Made by a program: the position numbers and the translations under genes
The notes under the pieces: model-generated
What the model saw: only the letters and a program-made list of their open reading frames with translations
Told to the model about the DNA's origin: nothing
Database searches by the model: none
Assembly: GCF_022045235.1 (NCBI RefSeq)
Contig: NW_027266308.1
Span: 48,794,001-48,858,000, forward strand
Direction: 5' to 3'
DNA length: 64,000 bases
Source: Haliotis cracherodii
Lineage: Eukaryota
Shown: piece by piece, positions 1 to 12,290 of the stretch
How positions within the stretch are numbered: the first letter of the stretch is position 1
Layout: each line of letters starts with the position of its first letter

Positions 1-972
1 CCGAAGTCAATTTGCAGCTTTACGTTGTAATGACTTTTTATTGTGCTACGGGTTTAGTGAAAATATATTTGATTTGTAAACCGATGAATGGATTAGACAT
101 ATGTTACATGAAGGCACTAAGGCTGAAACTGTGCTTTATATATTTCAATATGTATAATATTATGCTCACAATAATAGAACATTATATGCCTAAGTGGATA
201 AATTGCAAAACCGAATGTAGTTTCATTAAAACAAGAAACGAAAGATTTGTAATTTAATATAATACATAAAAGTGTTGTTTGTATTAGGGCAGTTTCAGTG
301 ACCCGGAGTCATATCGGGAAAATGAGAATATTATTATTAAAAGATACACTTATATTTTGTTTTAATTTTGGTGTCGTCTTAGAATAACACAAGTTTTACG
401 TTATTCTAGAGTTAACATGAGAAAGCATCAATGCTTTGGCGTTTATTGCGTGATTATGATAATCACCTTCGTGACAATGGATGGACATACGTGTATTCTT
501 ATTTTAACTTGCAACATGAGCGATGATAAATTTTATGATACTTCCAATTTATAATTCTATTTCATTTTATTTTTTTGTCAACGGTTCATTTCAGTTCCAA
601 ACATTATCATCAAAGTTGATGAATGTGCTATTAATACTATGTAATATTTCAATGTTACAACAGGTGTATCAATACATTTTGTTAGAGATATTCAAGTATA
701 GTTTGATTGTGAACATATGGTTACAATACATGACATACGTGTACCCGGCTTACTGTCAGCAAAGACAAATTAACAACAAAATCCAAACAGTGATGGTTTG
801 TGGGTAAAGAGGGGAGGGGGGTGAGGATGACAAGGCATTTTGTTTATCAAATTAAATTAAGGATAACAATAATGCATTTATCTCACCAGAATGTATGCTA
901 TTCTATCAAAACATAATAGTTTTGAAATAAACGTTAGGCATCAAACACTTACTTTTTATGCAAATCGTGTGA

Positions 973-1140
973 GTGGCGGTTGCTATCGGTTGGACAGGAC
1001 ACGCGTACCCTTCTCGTGAACACCTGGTGTCATCACTGATTTTCAATGATCCATTCACATACTTTTCACCGCTATTTTGCCTTTGCGAATCTGTTTCGGG
1101 GGATAATCGATACTGGTTACTCTCTGGCGTTTACGGTTTT
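973..1140 (+). repeat. Dispersed repeat family E (Penelope/Naiad 3'-associated motif plus downstream segment)
   Basis: GGTTGCTATCGGTTGGACAGGACACGCGTACCCTTCTCGTGAACACCTGG matches the motif after the RT at 34158 and the one at 9606. The downstream part recurs at ~9230, 12400(-), 17670, 21490 and 48170. Confidence 0.6.
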
Positions 1141-1403
1141 TATGTATATGTGAAATTGGTAATGAAACTTGATATAACAGACCATTGTTTAGAAGGTACG
1201 CCTACTAGTCTTTTAGTTTCTTGATATACGAAGGGGAAAGCGGTACACATCACTCATTTCATATGTAACTTCCTTATAAAACTACCATTTGAAATTGCAT
1301 AAAATGGAGGGATTTGTTTTTAGAAACATTTTGAGATATAAAAAAACAAACATTTTAAATTTGTGTTCAATCGAAGTAATTCAAACTTTCATTTTGTCCA
1401 CAG

Positions 1404-1482
1404 AACCAGAAGCAAGAAGTAGCACTTCATCGTGGCATCTCCCAGTTGTATCATGTTGAGAACTGCGCTCGAGCGCAGCGAG
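1404..1482 (+). other. Candidate isolated exon
   Basis: Pyrimidine tract plus cag acceptor (ctttcattttgtccacag) and gag|gtgaga donor. Phase-0 frame is open (NQKQEVALHRGISQLYHVENCARAQR). No recognisable homology. Confidence 0.2.
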
Positions 1483-2220
1483 GTGAGACCAGTTTACGAT
1501 CTTCGTGATATGAAAGATTCTATTACGACAAGTCGTCAATGAATCCTTGAACTTGGGTTGGAATTATCGACTAGTATGGATGTGATCACGTCTTTGTCAT
1601 CAAGGGAACTTGACTTAATACGCGTGAGAATGGAAATGTGTACATCGAATTGCAGTCTAGAGGAGAGGAGAATGTTAAATCACTTCGGTGGAGTGTTTGC
1701 ATTCAAATATTCTCCTACAAATAGATCAAAGACCATTTGAAATATGCTCAGAGCTGCCTAAGTAGACTCTGACTTTTATGTTTTCCAATCTCTCGGATAC
1801 ATGTGAACGACCATAGTACTTATGCAGAGGTTCAATGCATGACGTTAGCTTGTGTGCTGGGTAGTGTCTTCAGCTTGCGTGACAGATGCTAACGTCTTCC
1901 TTTAAACACGCTTCTGTAGTATTACTATTGCAATAAAGCGACACAACCATTTCTATTTCCATAAAACATTGTCTGATTTGTCCATTGTACCATTCCGACT
2001 ATGAGATGAGTATGTGTTTATGAATCACTGTCAAATAGTGATGATACCAGGTGTTCGCGAAAAAAAACAATATTGACGTACATGTAGATATGTTTTTCTA
2101 TGTAAAATAATTTCGTGCGTTTTCACTGGTAAAAAAACATTAATATTATCCATAAGGATGGTTTAAGAACGAGTAAGATGGTGAGATATATATCAAATAC
2201 ATGCCTCTTGTTAATGAATG

Positions 2221-2830
2221 CCTTGAATCCAATTTACGTAACCCTTCGTATGATTCACCCTCACTTCACACATTTACTGCTGAAATACGTTTCACTTCCC
2301 AAATGTGTAATTTGATAAACAATCTTTTGAATCCAATGTACCTAACCTTTCCTTTAGTTTCACCCTCACCTCACACATTTACTGCTCAGATAGTTAAACT
2401 TCCAACATATGTAACTTTATGTAGAATTCCTTGAATCCGAGATACATCACCTTTCCTATAGTTTCACTCTCACCTCACACATTTACTGCTTAAATAGTTA
2501 AACTTCCAACATATGTAACTTTATGTAGAATTCCTTGAATCCGAGATACATCACCTTTCCTATAGTTTCACTCTCACCTCACACATTTACTGCTTAAATA
2601 GTTAAACTTCCAACATATGTAATTTTATGTAGAATTCCTTGAATCCGAGATACATCACCTTTCCTATAGTTTCACCCTCATCTCATCTTCCAACGCATGC
2701 AACTTGAGAAAGAATACTTTAAACCTAATATACGTAACCTTCTTTGAATCCAATATACGTGACCTTCTTTGAATCCAATACACGTGACCTTGCCTATAAT
2801 TTCATCCTCGCTCACTCATTACATTTCCTG
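2221..2830. repeat. Tandem repeat, 104-bp unit, ~5 copies, with a decaying ~26-bp sub-repeat tail
   Basis: (c/t)(c/t)ttgaatcc recurs at 2221, 2325, 2429, 2533 and 2637. Confidence 0.9.
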
Positions 2831-3246
2831 TTTACTCCCACGTGCAATATGTCACGTACGGACGATAAAGTATCTCTATTCTTGTAGCAATATTACAATA
2901 TTGCAGCTTGCAATAAAAGTTATTTTGTTGGATCATATAGTTGGCTTCATTCTTGTGAATCTAAACCACTGACGAATCGACTTGCATATACACGTGTGTT
3001 CAGGACATTTAGTGTATAATTTACAAACAACCGGAGAATAGACTACAGTAAGAGTCGGTAACGTGTTATGGATTGTGTCTACGTTTACTGCAGTTGTTTG
3101 CAGATTCTCTTTCTCAAACTATTACTGAAACTAGTTTCTGGATAGAAACTGAATTGTAATTTAAAAATTAGTTATCATGACGCGGTTCCGTCTTCAGTAT
3201 TAATTTTCGCCATGCATGTAAATGTCAAGTCAATACACCTGTGTAC

Positions 3247-3465
3247 TGCAATGTTTCCCAATCACATACCAAGTCCGGGTCCAACAATAGGGAGTGACAA
3301 AACAGATATCACTCGAGACGAATCCGTGATGACACCAGTATATAAATGATGCAATGTTTCCCAATCACACACCAAGTCCGGATCCAACAATAGTGCGGGG
3401 TGATCAAACAGATATCACTCGAGGCGCATCAGTGATGACACCAGTATATAAATGATGCAACGTTT
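3247..3465. repeat. Tandem duplication, ~103-bp unit, ~2 copies
   Basis: tgcaatgtttccc...gtgatgacaccagtatataaatga occurs twice. Confidence 0.85.
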
Positions 3466-3889
3466 CAACACTTTTGTGAAGTATTGCGAAATAAAACCTA
3501 TTTGCAAATCACGAATTTTGTGGTATTGTCTTTGTAATTCAACCCTGCGGTTTTACTAACGTAGATTTTAGTTATTGCTCTTTTTTCTACCATTGACTTT
3601 GGTCAACAATTTGACGAAAAACGTGTGTTGCCACGGCGACGTAGATGATATTCTGTGGAATTAACAAATGTATATTTATTAACACCAAGACTAATAGTGA
3701 ATCCGTTTATGAACGTAGATGTAAGTATTTCATTCACCTTGTTAATCCGCACATTCAACGTATGTGTGATTGAGTAACTTTGCGTTAAAAGGAGTAAACT
3801 CTTTTCTTGACAATGTTTGTAAATAAATGGCCATCTACGTGGGCACGTAATATTTAAGTGATTCATAAACGTGATCTACTTTGTCGTAT

Positions 3890-4185
3890 ATCCGTGGTCT
3901 AACTAACCATTTCAACAATTAGACGACAGGGTCCGAGTGGTCCAACTAACCATCTCAACAATTGGACGCCAGGGTCCGAGTGGTCTAACTAACCATTTCA
4001 ACAATTAGACGCCAGAGTCCGAGTGGTCTAACTAACCATTTCAACAATTAGACGCCAGATTCCAAGTGGTCTAACTAACCATTTCAACAATTAGACACCA
4101 GAGTCCAAGTGGTCTAACTAACCATTTCAACAATTAGACACCAGAGTCCGAGTGGTCTTACTAACCATTTTAACAATTAGACGCT
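3890..4185. repeat. Minisatellite, 43-bp unit, ~7 copies
   Basis: gtggtctaactaaccatttcaacaattagacgccagagtccga repeated. Confidence 0.95.
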
Positions 4186-4222
4186 AGTACTAGTCCTGCA
4201 TGTGGGCCTTTGAAGTAAAAGA

Positions 4223-4765
4223 GGTCCGTACTAACGAGATTTCCCTGTATATATGTTCAAACAGTACTCGTTCGATAGGTGAGGTTTCCGGATTAACGGG
4301 CCCGTACTAACGAGGTGTCCCTGTATATATGTTCAAACAGTACTCGTTCGATAGGTGAGGTTTCCGGATTAACGGGCCGTACTAACGAGGTGTTCCTGTA
4401 TATATGTTCAAACTGTACTCGTTCGATAGGTGGGGTTTCCGGATTAACGGGTCCGTACTAACGAGGTGTCCCTGTATATATGTTCAAACTGTACTCGTTC
4501 GATAGGTGGGGTTTCCGGATTAACGGGTCCGTACTAACGAGGTGTCCCTGTATATATGTTCAAACTGTACTCGTTCGATAGGTGGGGTTTCCGGATTAAC
4601 GGGTCCGTACTAACGAGGTGTCCCTGTATATATGTTCAAACTGTACTCGTTCGATAGGTGGGGTTTCCGGATTAACGGGTCCGTACTAACGAGTTTTAAC
4701 TGTATACATGTTCAAGCAGTTATCGTCCGGTAGGTGGGGTTTCCGGACTAACACGTTTTCCTTGT
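4223..4765. repeat. Tandem repeat, 76-bp unit, ~7 copies, containing a pogo/Tc1-like MITE terminus
   Basis: Unit tccgtactaacgaggtgtccctgtatatatgttcaaactgtactcgttcgataggtggggtttccggattaacggg. Its reverse complement resembles the TA-CAGTGAAACTCCGTTAATCCGGAC ends at 7289, 47983 and 48126. Confidence 0.9.
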
Positions 4766-5347
4766 ATATTGTTTTTTTTCATAATTCGATATACAAATTG
4801 AAAAATGTAAAGTTGCCAACATTTCCTCAATCGGCGTTAATATTGTTTTTGTTACATGTAAATCCGACATTTCACATTTAACTGAATAGGCATTTGTGAT
4901 GTCGTGTTGAGGCGTTCCCACTGTTGACAGTAGTTAGTGCTCAGTAGAGATGTACATATCAGAGAGCGGATGTATATAGCACTTGTAAATGACTCGTGAA
5001 GCATATGTCACTATAAGGTCATGTACATTTCATCAATCTGTGTCCTGTGTGAGGCGAGATAGATAGCCGATAGTGGCTGTACTTCAGTGAGTTAATCAAT
5101 ACGTGTAGCCACACGACCGATCTTATCACAGCTGCTGTCATGTACATACTGTGCAAATGTCACGTGTAATGTCTGATAATGCGCGTGTAAAGCATTCAGT
5201 GAGTCCGCATCACACTACGGACTCTTGTTAAACCGGACAAAAGAGTTTTATCTAACGGGTCCGTGTTAAAGGGGTTTACGTATACGCGAACCATGGATTA
5301 TGAAAAGATCATTTGGTATTGTCCTGAATGTGCGGTTTCTAGACTAG

Positions 5348-5500
5348 GTGAGGTTAAATGGGGGTTAACGTCGCGTTGGTGGCTGGTGCACATATACAGC
5401 GACATGCAAGTGTGTGTGTGCGGCTGCTTATACTAGTCCGGTTGGATACACCATGCTGCAGTTTAACATGGTATATACTGACTACGAAGCGACCAGTCCT
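5348..5500 (-). mobile_element. SINE family D (Meta-type), 3' fragment
   Basis: Aligns to the 23630-23945 and 29998-30185 copies (gcagtttaacatgg...tatactgac...gaccagtc). Confidence 0.6.
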
Positions 5501-5849
5501 TTTTCAATCCAACAACGCCTTTTGATAAGACGCCGGCCACCGACTAGTCTGTTATACAGACCCTGAAACAAATATATCCAATACAGCCCATGCAAGTTTA
5601 TAATGCTTGGCAAGTCTAGACAACTGCAGTATCAATAGTATCTGAAAAGGAAGAAAATCTTTGGGCTCCTTTTTAGTATATTTTATAACTATAATTAAAC
5701 AACTGAGGTTTTTTCTGTAAAACATGTTCATTTCAGAGACTAGATGTGAGTTTAGCCACCGACCTTTCGCTCCCCGGGTAGACGTTCCATCTCTTACAAC
5801 ACGGCAACAAGGGGGAATCCAGCTAAGAAAACTTCCGGAGCATTCACAT

Positions 5850-6900
5850 GAAGTCGGACCCCGTTATCCCGAAATCCTTTAACTCGAATGTACCGATATC
5901 TCGAATCTATTCTCCGGTCCTGATCATGACCACCTCACTACATAGATATATATTGACTTGACCGCTCATCCCGAATTTGTGATAACAATACATAGCTCTA
6001 TCTCGAACCTTGGACTCGGTCCAAACTTTAACTTTACTACAGAATTGTGTACCTTTATCTCGAAGTTGGCATTTGCCACATAATAGTTTTTAGAAGCTCG
6101 AAAAAACATTTCATGTGAGCAATTCTCCGAGATGTATCTAGTACCTGTCCTCCAGACCCGTGAAGATCCGGACTAGAATAGGTCTTCAGCAACCCATACT
6201 TGTCCTAGGAGGCCCCTATTCTTGTCGTAAGAGGCGACTAACGGGATCGGGTGGTCAGGCTCGCTGACTTGGTTTGATGCATGTCATTGTATTCCAATTA
6301 CGTGGATCGATGCTCGTGATATCAGTCACTGGATTGTCTTGTCCAGATTCCAGAATATTTACAGACCGACGTCATATAGTTGGAATATTGCTGAGTGCGG
6401 CGTTAAACAACAAACAAACGAACAAACCTGTCCTCCACCGATCATGTGACAACACTATCAACGTAAATTGCAATAAGACCCAACTGTTCAACCAATTATT
6501 TACTTACTTTTGAATTTAATTGTAAATGAAGCCGACTGAAGCCTATGGATGACTGCATGACTCGCTGTCAGTATTAAATCTTACAAATAACGATCACAAA
6601 AACATCCCCCAGAATATATAATTCATTGGAATATGAATTCGTAGTTTGGTAGGTTTTAAATTTAATCAAATACTTTTCTGAACGAACTCAACAAAAATAC
6701 TGACAAGCATATTTTGGGAGATATCGTCTCGAAAAAATATTTTATACAGCGTGTATTATATAACCGAACTAGATTATCTTGACCATGGTTGTCCCCGCTT
6801 GCTTAAATTTGAGAAAGACCATTTATATCGAATTCCAGATGCCATATATACCGATGTGTCGAACCTATAGGTTTCTCTTGAACCATCGGAAAATCCCCTG
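5850..6900. mobile_element. Degenerate pogo/Tc1-mariner-type MITE with repeated ATCTCGAA motifs, interrupted by a SINE
   Basis: Repeated gatatctcgaa/tatctcgaa/tatatcgaa motifs. Ends not resolved. Confidence 0.4.
6155..6425 (+). mobile_element. SINE family A (head GACCCGTGAAGATCCGG..., (AAAC)n tail), full length
   Basis: 12-bp TSD acctgtcctcca at 6143-6154 and 6426-6437. Highly similar to the 50805, 58122, 61965 and 62708 copies. Confidence 0.92.
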
Positions 6901-7288
6901 TCTCACATACACCGCTGGGTAAAAGAACGAATACACCCCTGTTGATATTGGCTAAAAATGAAACAAACATGAAATGGTTATTCGACGGTGCTGTATTAAT
7001 ATGGGTATCACCGTTGTGTTTTCAGGCTTAAGTTTGACGTGTTTCAATGACTGTTTTCAGACTAGTAACGTTTTGATAAAATTTGTAATTATTTGGTCAA
7101 ATCCAATTTTCAAGGTCATGTATGCACTTTCTTTTGCCATGCAGTTTCTTACTATCAAGCCATCCACTTGGAAGCTATATGGCAGCATTGCCTTTTCTTG
7201 TGATTATAATTAAAATTTAGTGCGTCAATCGCTGCCTTTAATTTGACATACTTAATACATATAGGAAGAATTGATGGGCAGGACTCCT

Positions 7289-7385
7289 ATACAGTGAAAC
7301 TCCGTTAATCCGGACAATGCCGTTCCCAGTGAAATTGTCAGGATTAACAAAGGATAATTTCACCGTCCGGATTAGAGAGGTTTAT
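7289..7385 (+). mobile_element. pogo/Tigger-like MITE terminus
   Basis: TA+CAGTGAAACTCCGTTAATCCGGAC with an internal inverted ccggattagagaggttt. Related ends at 47983 and 48126. Confidence 0.55.
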
Positions 7386-9496
7386 TGAATGTGACATGAG
7401 TTGCGTTGTTTCTACTTCGTCTTTTTATCATTATTGTATTAGTATAAGCTTTACTTTTAAAATCCAAATGTTATGTGTATATCTTTTAGCCTACTGTTCG
7501 TTTTATTATTCTTTATTCAAACAATAGCGTCAGTTGATATATCTCGACGCAAACGTATAATGCGCAAATGCTCGAGACAAACGGATAATTATCTCTCCTT
7601 GCATTACGCTGAATGCTTGGTCGCGTGTGTGCTGTAGGCAACGGGAGCGCATAAACTTCCGTATCGCTTCAAAAACCAGATCCACAGTACTCCGTGTTAA
7701 TACTATTACCCTCGTTCAATGAACTGAAAGAAACTGCTAAACTGGTTATACAAATTATTTCTTCTGCGCAAAATCTTCAATTTATGTACGGTTGGCTTGC
7801 AACGCATGCTTTAAATAATGTAATTAGGAAGAATGGTCGCATTATGTTTAATGAGCCTTGATAATTATGTCTCATAACAATATTGTAAACAATCCTTTAT
7901 TAAGTATATCAAATGATAGCTCTTTATGCCCCTCCAAGTATTTGCATACACCAAAACCAAGTGCGCGTCCTTTGCTTGCCACAAACCTTTTTTCACAAAT
8001 GTGTTTTGAAATTATTTGTCATTGGGCTCTTATAATGACGAGTGTACGTTAGAGTCGTAAGACTCGGGTAATTCCCGTCGACACTGGGGATCTGTCTAGA
8101 CCGATCAAGAGGAACAAATTGTGCTTTTAAATACAACAATTTAAACACGACAAAAACCAACACAAATATGCGCTGAACGCCACTTTTCAATTGGTATCTT
8201 GTGATTACGAACGTATTGGGAATGATTTCCAAATAGTAGTAATTTTGGCCAGTTGATGTGGTTCGTTTACGCTCTTTTGTCTCTTATTTCTTAGAGTGAC
8301 TATTAAATTCGTCAATATTCCTAATCAGTAGTATAGAATTTTATATAATGATATGATATAATTAGGTCTGGCACGCTTGTAAGCGTCACTGGAGTCACAA
8401 CTCTTTATCAAACCGCTCATTAAGAGGGCGATTGGTGCGATGGACCAAAACCGCGGCGAAACCTCCCCAAGACAAGACCCGTGTCCATCAGCGGGCAATG
8501 TCCATGCTGTCTCTCCTCCAATAAGATCTCAAGATCCAGTGCCCAAATGAAAGGCCATTTTAGCAAAATTATTGTGGATTATTGGCTCATCGTAAGCAGT
8601 GATGAACGTCTGAATAAAGCTTTATGTTGGCTAAATTGAAAGCGTCAACTACCGCCTCAACAATTATCCTACGTCGTAGAAATTGATCGTAAATGGTGAA
8701 AAGTTGACCGATAGCGAGCGCTCATCGTTATGGCGATTGTATGTCCTGATCATGTAATGGAGTCCACATATTCGTACAAGTAGCTTTAGAATGAAGCATA
8801 TTTTCGAGGAAATTAGATTTTAGGTTAGAAGTCAATTACTAAGGTGACGGTCGTCAGAAGCGAAAACCCAGGGGAGTTTTTCAACCAGGGCCTTCCTTTG
8901 TTGCTCTCTCCCTATTACGCATCTAGTCAAATCACGTACAATCGCTGCCCAATAAACTCTCCCGACCTCCTATATTTGGACATGATAATGAGTTAGAGAG
9001 TTTGCTTGTATGTATCCAAGTGTCACGTTGTGTATATAATATTGAAATTCCGCGGGTTATCGTTATTTTCACTTACATTGGTATACACGTGAAAACAGTT
9101 TAAAGAAGTAGCATTTAATATGTAGCTGTAGGAGTTTTAATAATCACTTTTACTCGTTCTGTCATATATCTATTTTGTCTCTATAGAAGCTGTCTGTCAT
9201 GTTTGATGCTTTTCATCTCTATTTTCTCTTTTACATCCAATGGAATCTGTTTTGGCACATAACCAAGACTGATTATTCTGTGGCTATGGCGTTTTATATT
9301 TACCGCAACTGGGCCGATGTTTTTGATGATGGACTAAATTATGCCGAGACTTTAAAGCTGCCCCCACTGTGTTGCAAAACCAACATATTTCTTAAGAGTT
9401 TCTATTTATTTGTAAGCAGCAGAATCTCTGCTTTCTTAAACACAGCAGAAGTAATTAAAGGTTAACATGTCGTTTTTAGTAAACGCGCGATCGTGT

Positions 9497-9580
9497 CACC
9501 GGATTGTCTGGTCCAGACTCGACTGTACACAGGTCGCCGTCGTATGACAGAAGTTTGTGGGTGTGGCGTTACAACCAGAC
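9497..9580 (+). mobile_element. SINE family A, degenerate 3' fragment
   Basis: ggattgtctggtccagactcga...ggcgttacaacc. Confidence 0.6.
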
Positions 9581-9603
9581 ACTTCCTTTTTTAATTCAAA
9601 TTG

Positions 9604-9760
9604 TGTGAGGGCGGAGGCTACCGGTAGTGCAGGACATGGCTACCCGGTTCGCGAACACCTGGTGTTCATTCATAGCATGTTCATTATTATTTTGCATTTT
9701 AAGGCCAAGGAATATGTTCGGCAGATAATGGAGAAGGATTAATCTCTGACGTGGACGTTT
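9604..9760 (+). repeat. Dispersed repeat family E
   Basis: ggctaccggtagtgcaggacatggctacccggttcgcgaacacctgg, homologous to 973 and 34158. Confidence 0.6.
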
Positions 9761-11651
9761 TATATGTAGTGTATGATTAATTTATCCTCGTCGCTGTATT
9801 ATGGCTGAAATATTGTCCATACAAAGTTAAATATTATCTCACTCACTGTTGTTCTTTAATTCTATTCCAGGTAACTTGAAGTGTTTCGCCATCAATTATT
9901 TTCATATTATTTGCTGGTGTGTGTAATGTGATCATAGTCTTTAATCTTTAAATAGCAATATCATGGTAAATTCAAAGTTTGTATTTTTCCCAAATTGTTT
10001 TTTGTTGTGGCATTGTCGGTTTGAAATCTGAAACACATTGTGTAGCTACTCGTTATGACAAAGTTTCAGCTTTCTTGAACTTGTGTTATCGTAATGATTC
10101 TGTGGATGTTTCACAATTTACTTTTCTTAAATTGTAAAAGTAAAACCTCAAGATGTGTTTAGCGGTATGAACAAGTCATGTTACGGTAATGTACGTCCTA
10201 CTGAATTCTCAGGCGTTTCCTTTCATCAGTTCAAGATTAGAAATCCAAAGTAAACGGACGGCATACCATTTTTCACTTGAAACAATATTCTTATACCAAA
10301 AAATAGAAAAAAATATTTTCTAACATTTAATGATAATCGAGAAATCACATACATCGATGATTTCCATAGCGTAATCCTTCAAATGTACTGCGAAAGTTGT
10401 AACTAAAAGTTATCGGAAATGATAGACACATAACTGTAACGTCAGTTCACAAACTGTGCGTGCCCTCTGTTTTTCCTAGTCAGGGTAATTGGTATGACAC
10501 ATGTGCCGTGGAAGCCCTAACAAAGCTTAATTTGACAGTGTCAGTCAGTACTGCATCATTGACGTCGACCCATAAAACCATCGTCAACGGCGATAATGGC
10601 CGACACTCGTCACGTGACAAAGTGTTAATTTGGCATTAAAATATAAAATCAAACACCTCGTTTTACGTGACCCAATCAAAGGGTTACCGTCGAGATGTCG
10701 CCTTCGACTGAAATCTTTACCGGGAGAGTTGATGGATTATCGAGGAGTTTAATCTTTCACCTGAGCACGCTACAGATGTCAAATGTTCAAGCTCCCAACC
10801 TTAGACTCCAATGTCATACCGTTTTTTACCTAATCAGATTTGATACATTTTTGAAGAAGGAAGGGCGAGGGTTCAAACCATGGACAGAAATACCTATCAA
10901 TGATTGATAGGGCAACGTGTAATGAAAATGAATGATTAACATTTGAACAAGGGGCCGTCCTCCCAAGATAGAAACTTGTTCATTAATTGATTGTTGAGTA
11001 TCTTCCGATAGTACGTCCTCGTGTCTGAAACCACGAAACGAGCTGGTTTAAATTTTAATATACCTCAGCGATTACCCTCATACCGTGGCCCCAGGGGTCG
11101 GGCAAAGCGAAGCACCCTGATCAGTTGATTACGTGAATGCGTGTTATGATTTGTGTTCCAGGATTGAGATTTTCCATGGCTTGTAGAATCAGGAGCTCAC
11201 TAATGTTTTTAATTAGATTAATCATTCGGTCAGGGTTCGCAGATGGTTAATCAAACGAGGTCGCCCAACTATTGTTTCGTGTCTTTGTGAAGGCAGACAT
11301 GCAATTGGTGAGGACTGACCCCATGAATGAGAGTCGATGCAGTGCGCGGAGGTCAATGGAAACTTGCTGCAGTCATTGGTAGTACAACGGAAACTAAAAT
11401 AGGATGATAGCTGCAGTGACAACCTGCTTTAGTCAGTGGTAAAGCAACGGCACGCGGGTAACTATTTTGCAACGAATAAGAGTATAGAGACAAAGCGTTT
11501 TGAAAACTTCTACAATGATAGAAAAATGAATCGCGGTAAGGTATGATGAAAGTGCGCGTTGGACAAAATGTGCTTCAGTGATTGGTAAGACAACGTCATC
11601 CGGTAGGTATTTGGTGGTGAGGGGAGTAGCGACATTGTGTCTGTGTCAATG

Positions 11652-12290
11652 ACGACAGTGGCGGAGGTCACTAAATCGTGACGCAGTGATGTTTAGTTAT
11701 GAATGAGGGTTACTGCTGCGACAATGGCGGAGGTCACCAAACCGTGATACAGTGATGTTCAGTGATGAATGAGGGTTACTGTTGCGACAGTGGCGGAGGT
11801 CACTAAATCGTGATGCAGTGATGTTTAGTTATGAATGAGGGTTACTGCTGCGACAGTGGCGGAGGTCACCAAACCGTGATACAGTGATGTTTAGTGATGA
11901 ATGAGGGTTACTTTTGCGACAGTGGCGGAGGTCACTAAACCGTGATGCAGTGATGTTTAGTGATGAATGAGGGTTACTGCTGCGACAGTGGTGGAGGTCA
12001 ATAAACCGTGCTGAAGTGATGTTTAGTGATGGATGAGGGTTACTGTCGCGATAGTGATGTTTAGTGATGAATGAGGGTTACTGTTGCGACAGTGGCGGAG
12101 GTCACTAAACCGTGATGCAGTGATGTTTAGTGATGAATGAGGGTTACTGTTGCCACAGTGGCGGAAGTCAATAAACCGTGCTGCAGTGATGTTTAGTGAT
12201 GAATGAGGGTTACTGTTGCGACAGTGGCGGAGGTCACTAAATCGTGATGCAGGAATGTTTTGTGATGAGTGAGGGTCACTGTTTCGGCAA
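11652..12290. repeat. Tandem repeat, 66-bp unit, ~9.5 copies
   Basis: cagtggcggaggtcactaaa...gagggttactgctgcga at 11656, 11722 and onward. One truncated unit near 12050. Confidence 0.95.

Noticed and set aside
3890-4765. CRISPR-like arrays (also 54745-55650)
   Set aside because: Head-to-tail units without unique spacers, no cas genes, eukaryotic context.
7700-7860. Possible pogo CENP-B-type HTH (…QFMYGWL…)
   Set aside because: Similarity too weak and no DDE domain follows.
10205-10232. Minus-strand CTGATGA...GAAA
   Set aside because: Only 3 nt between the boxes; no stem II.
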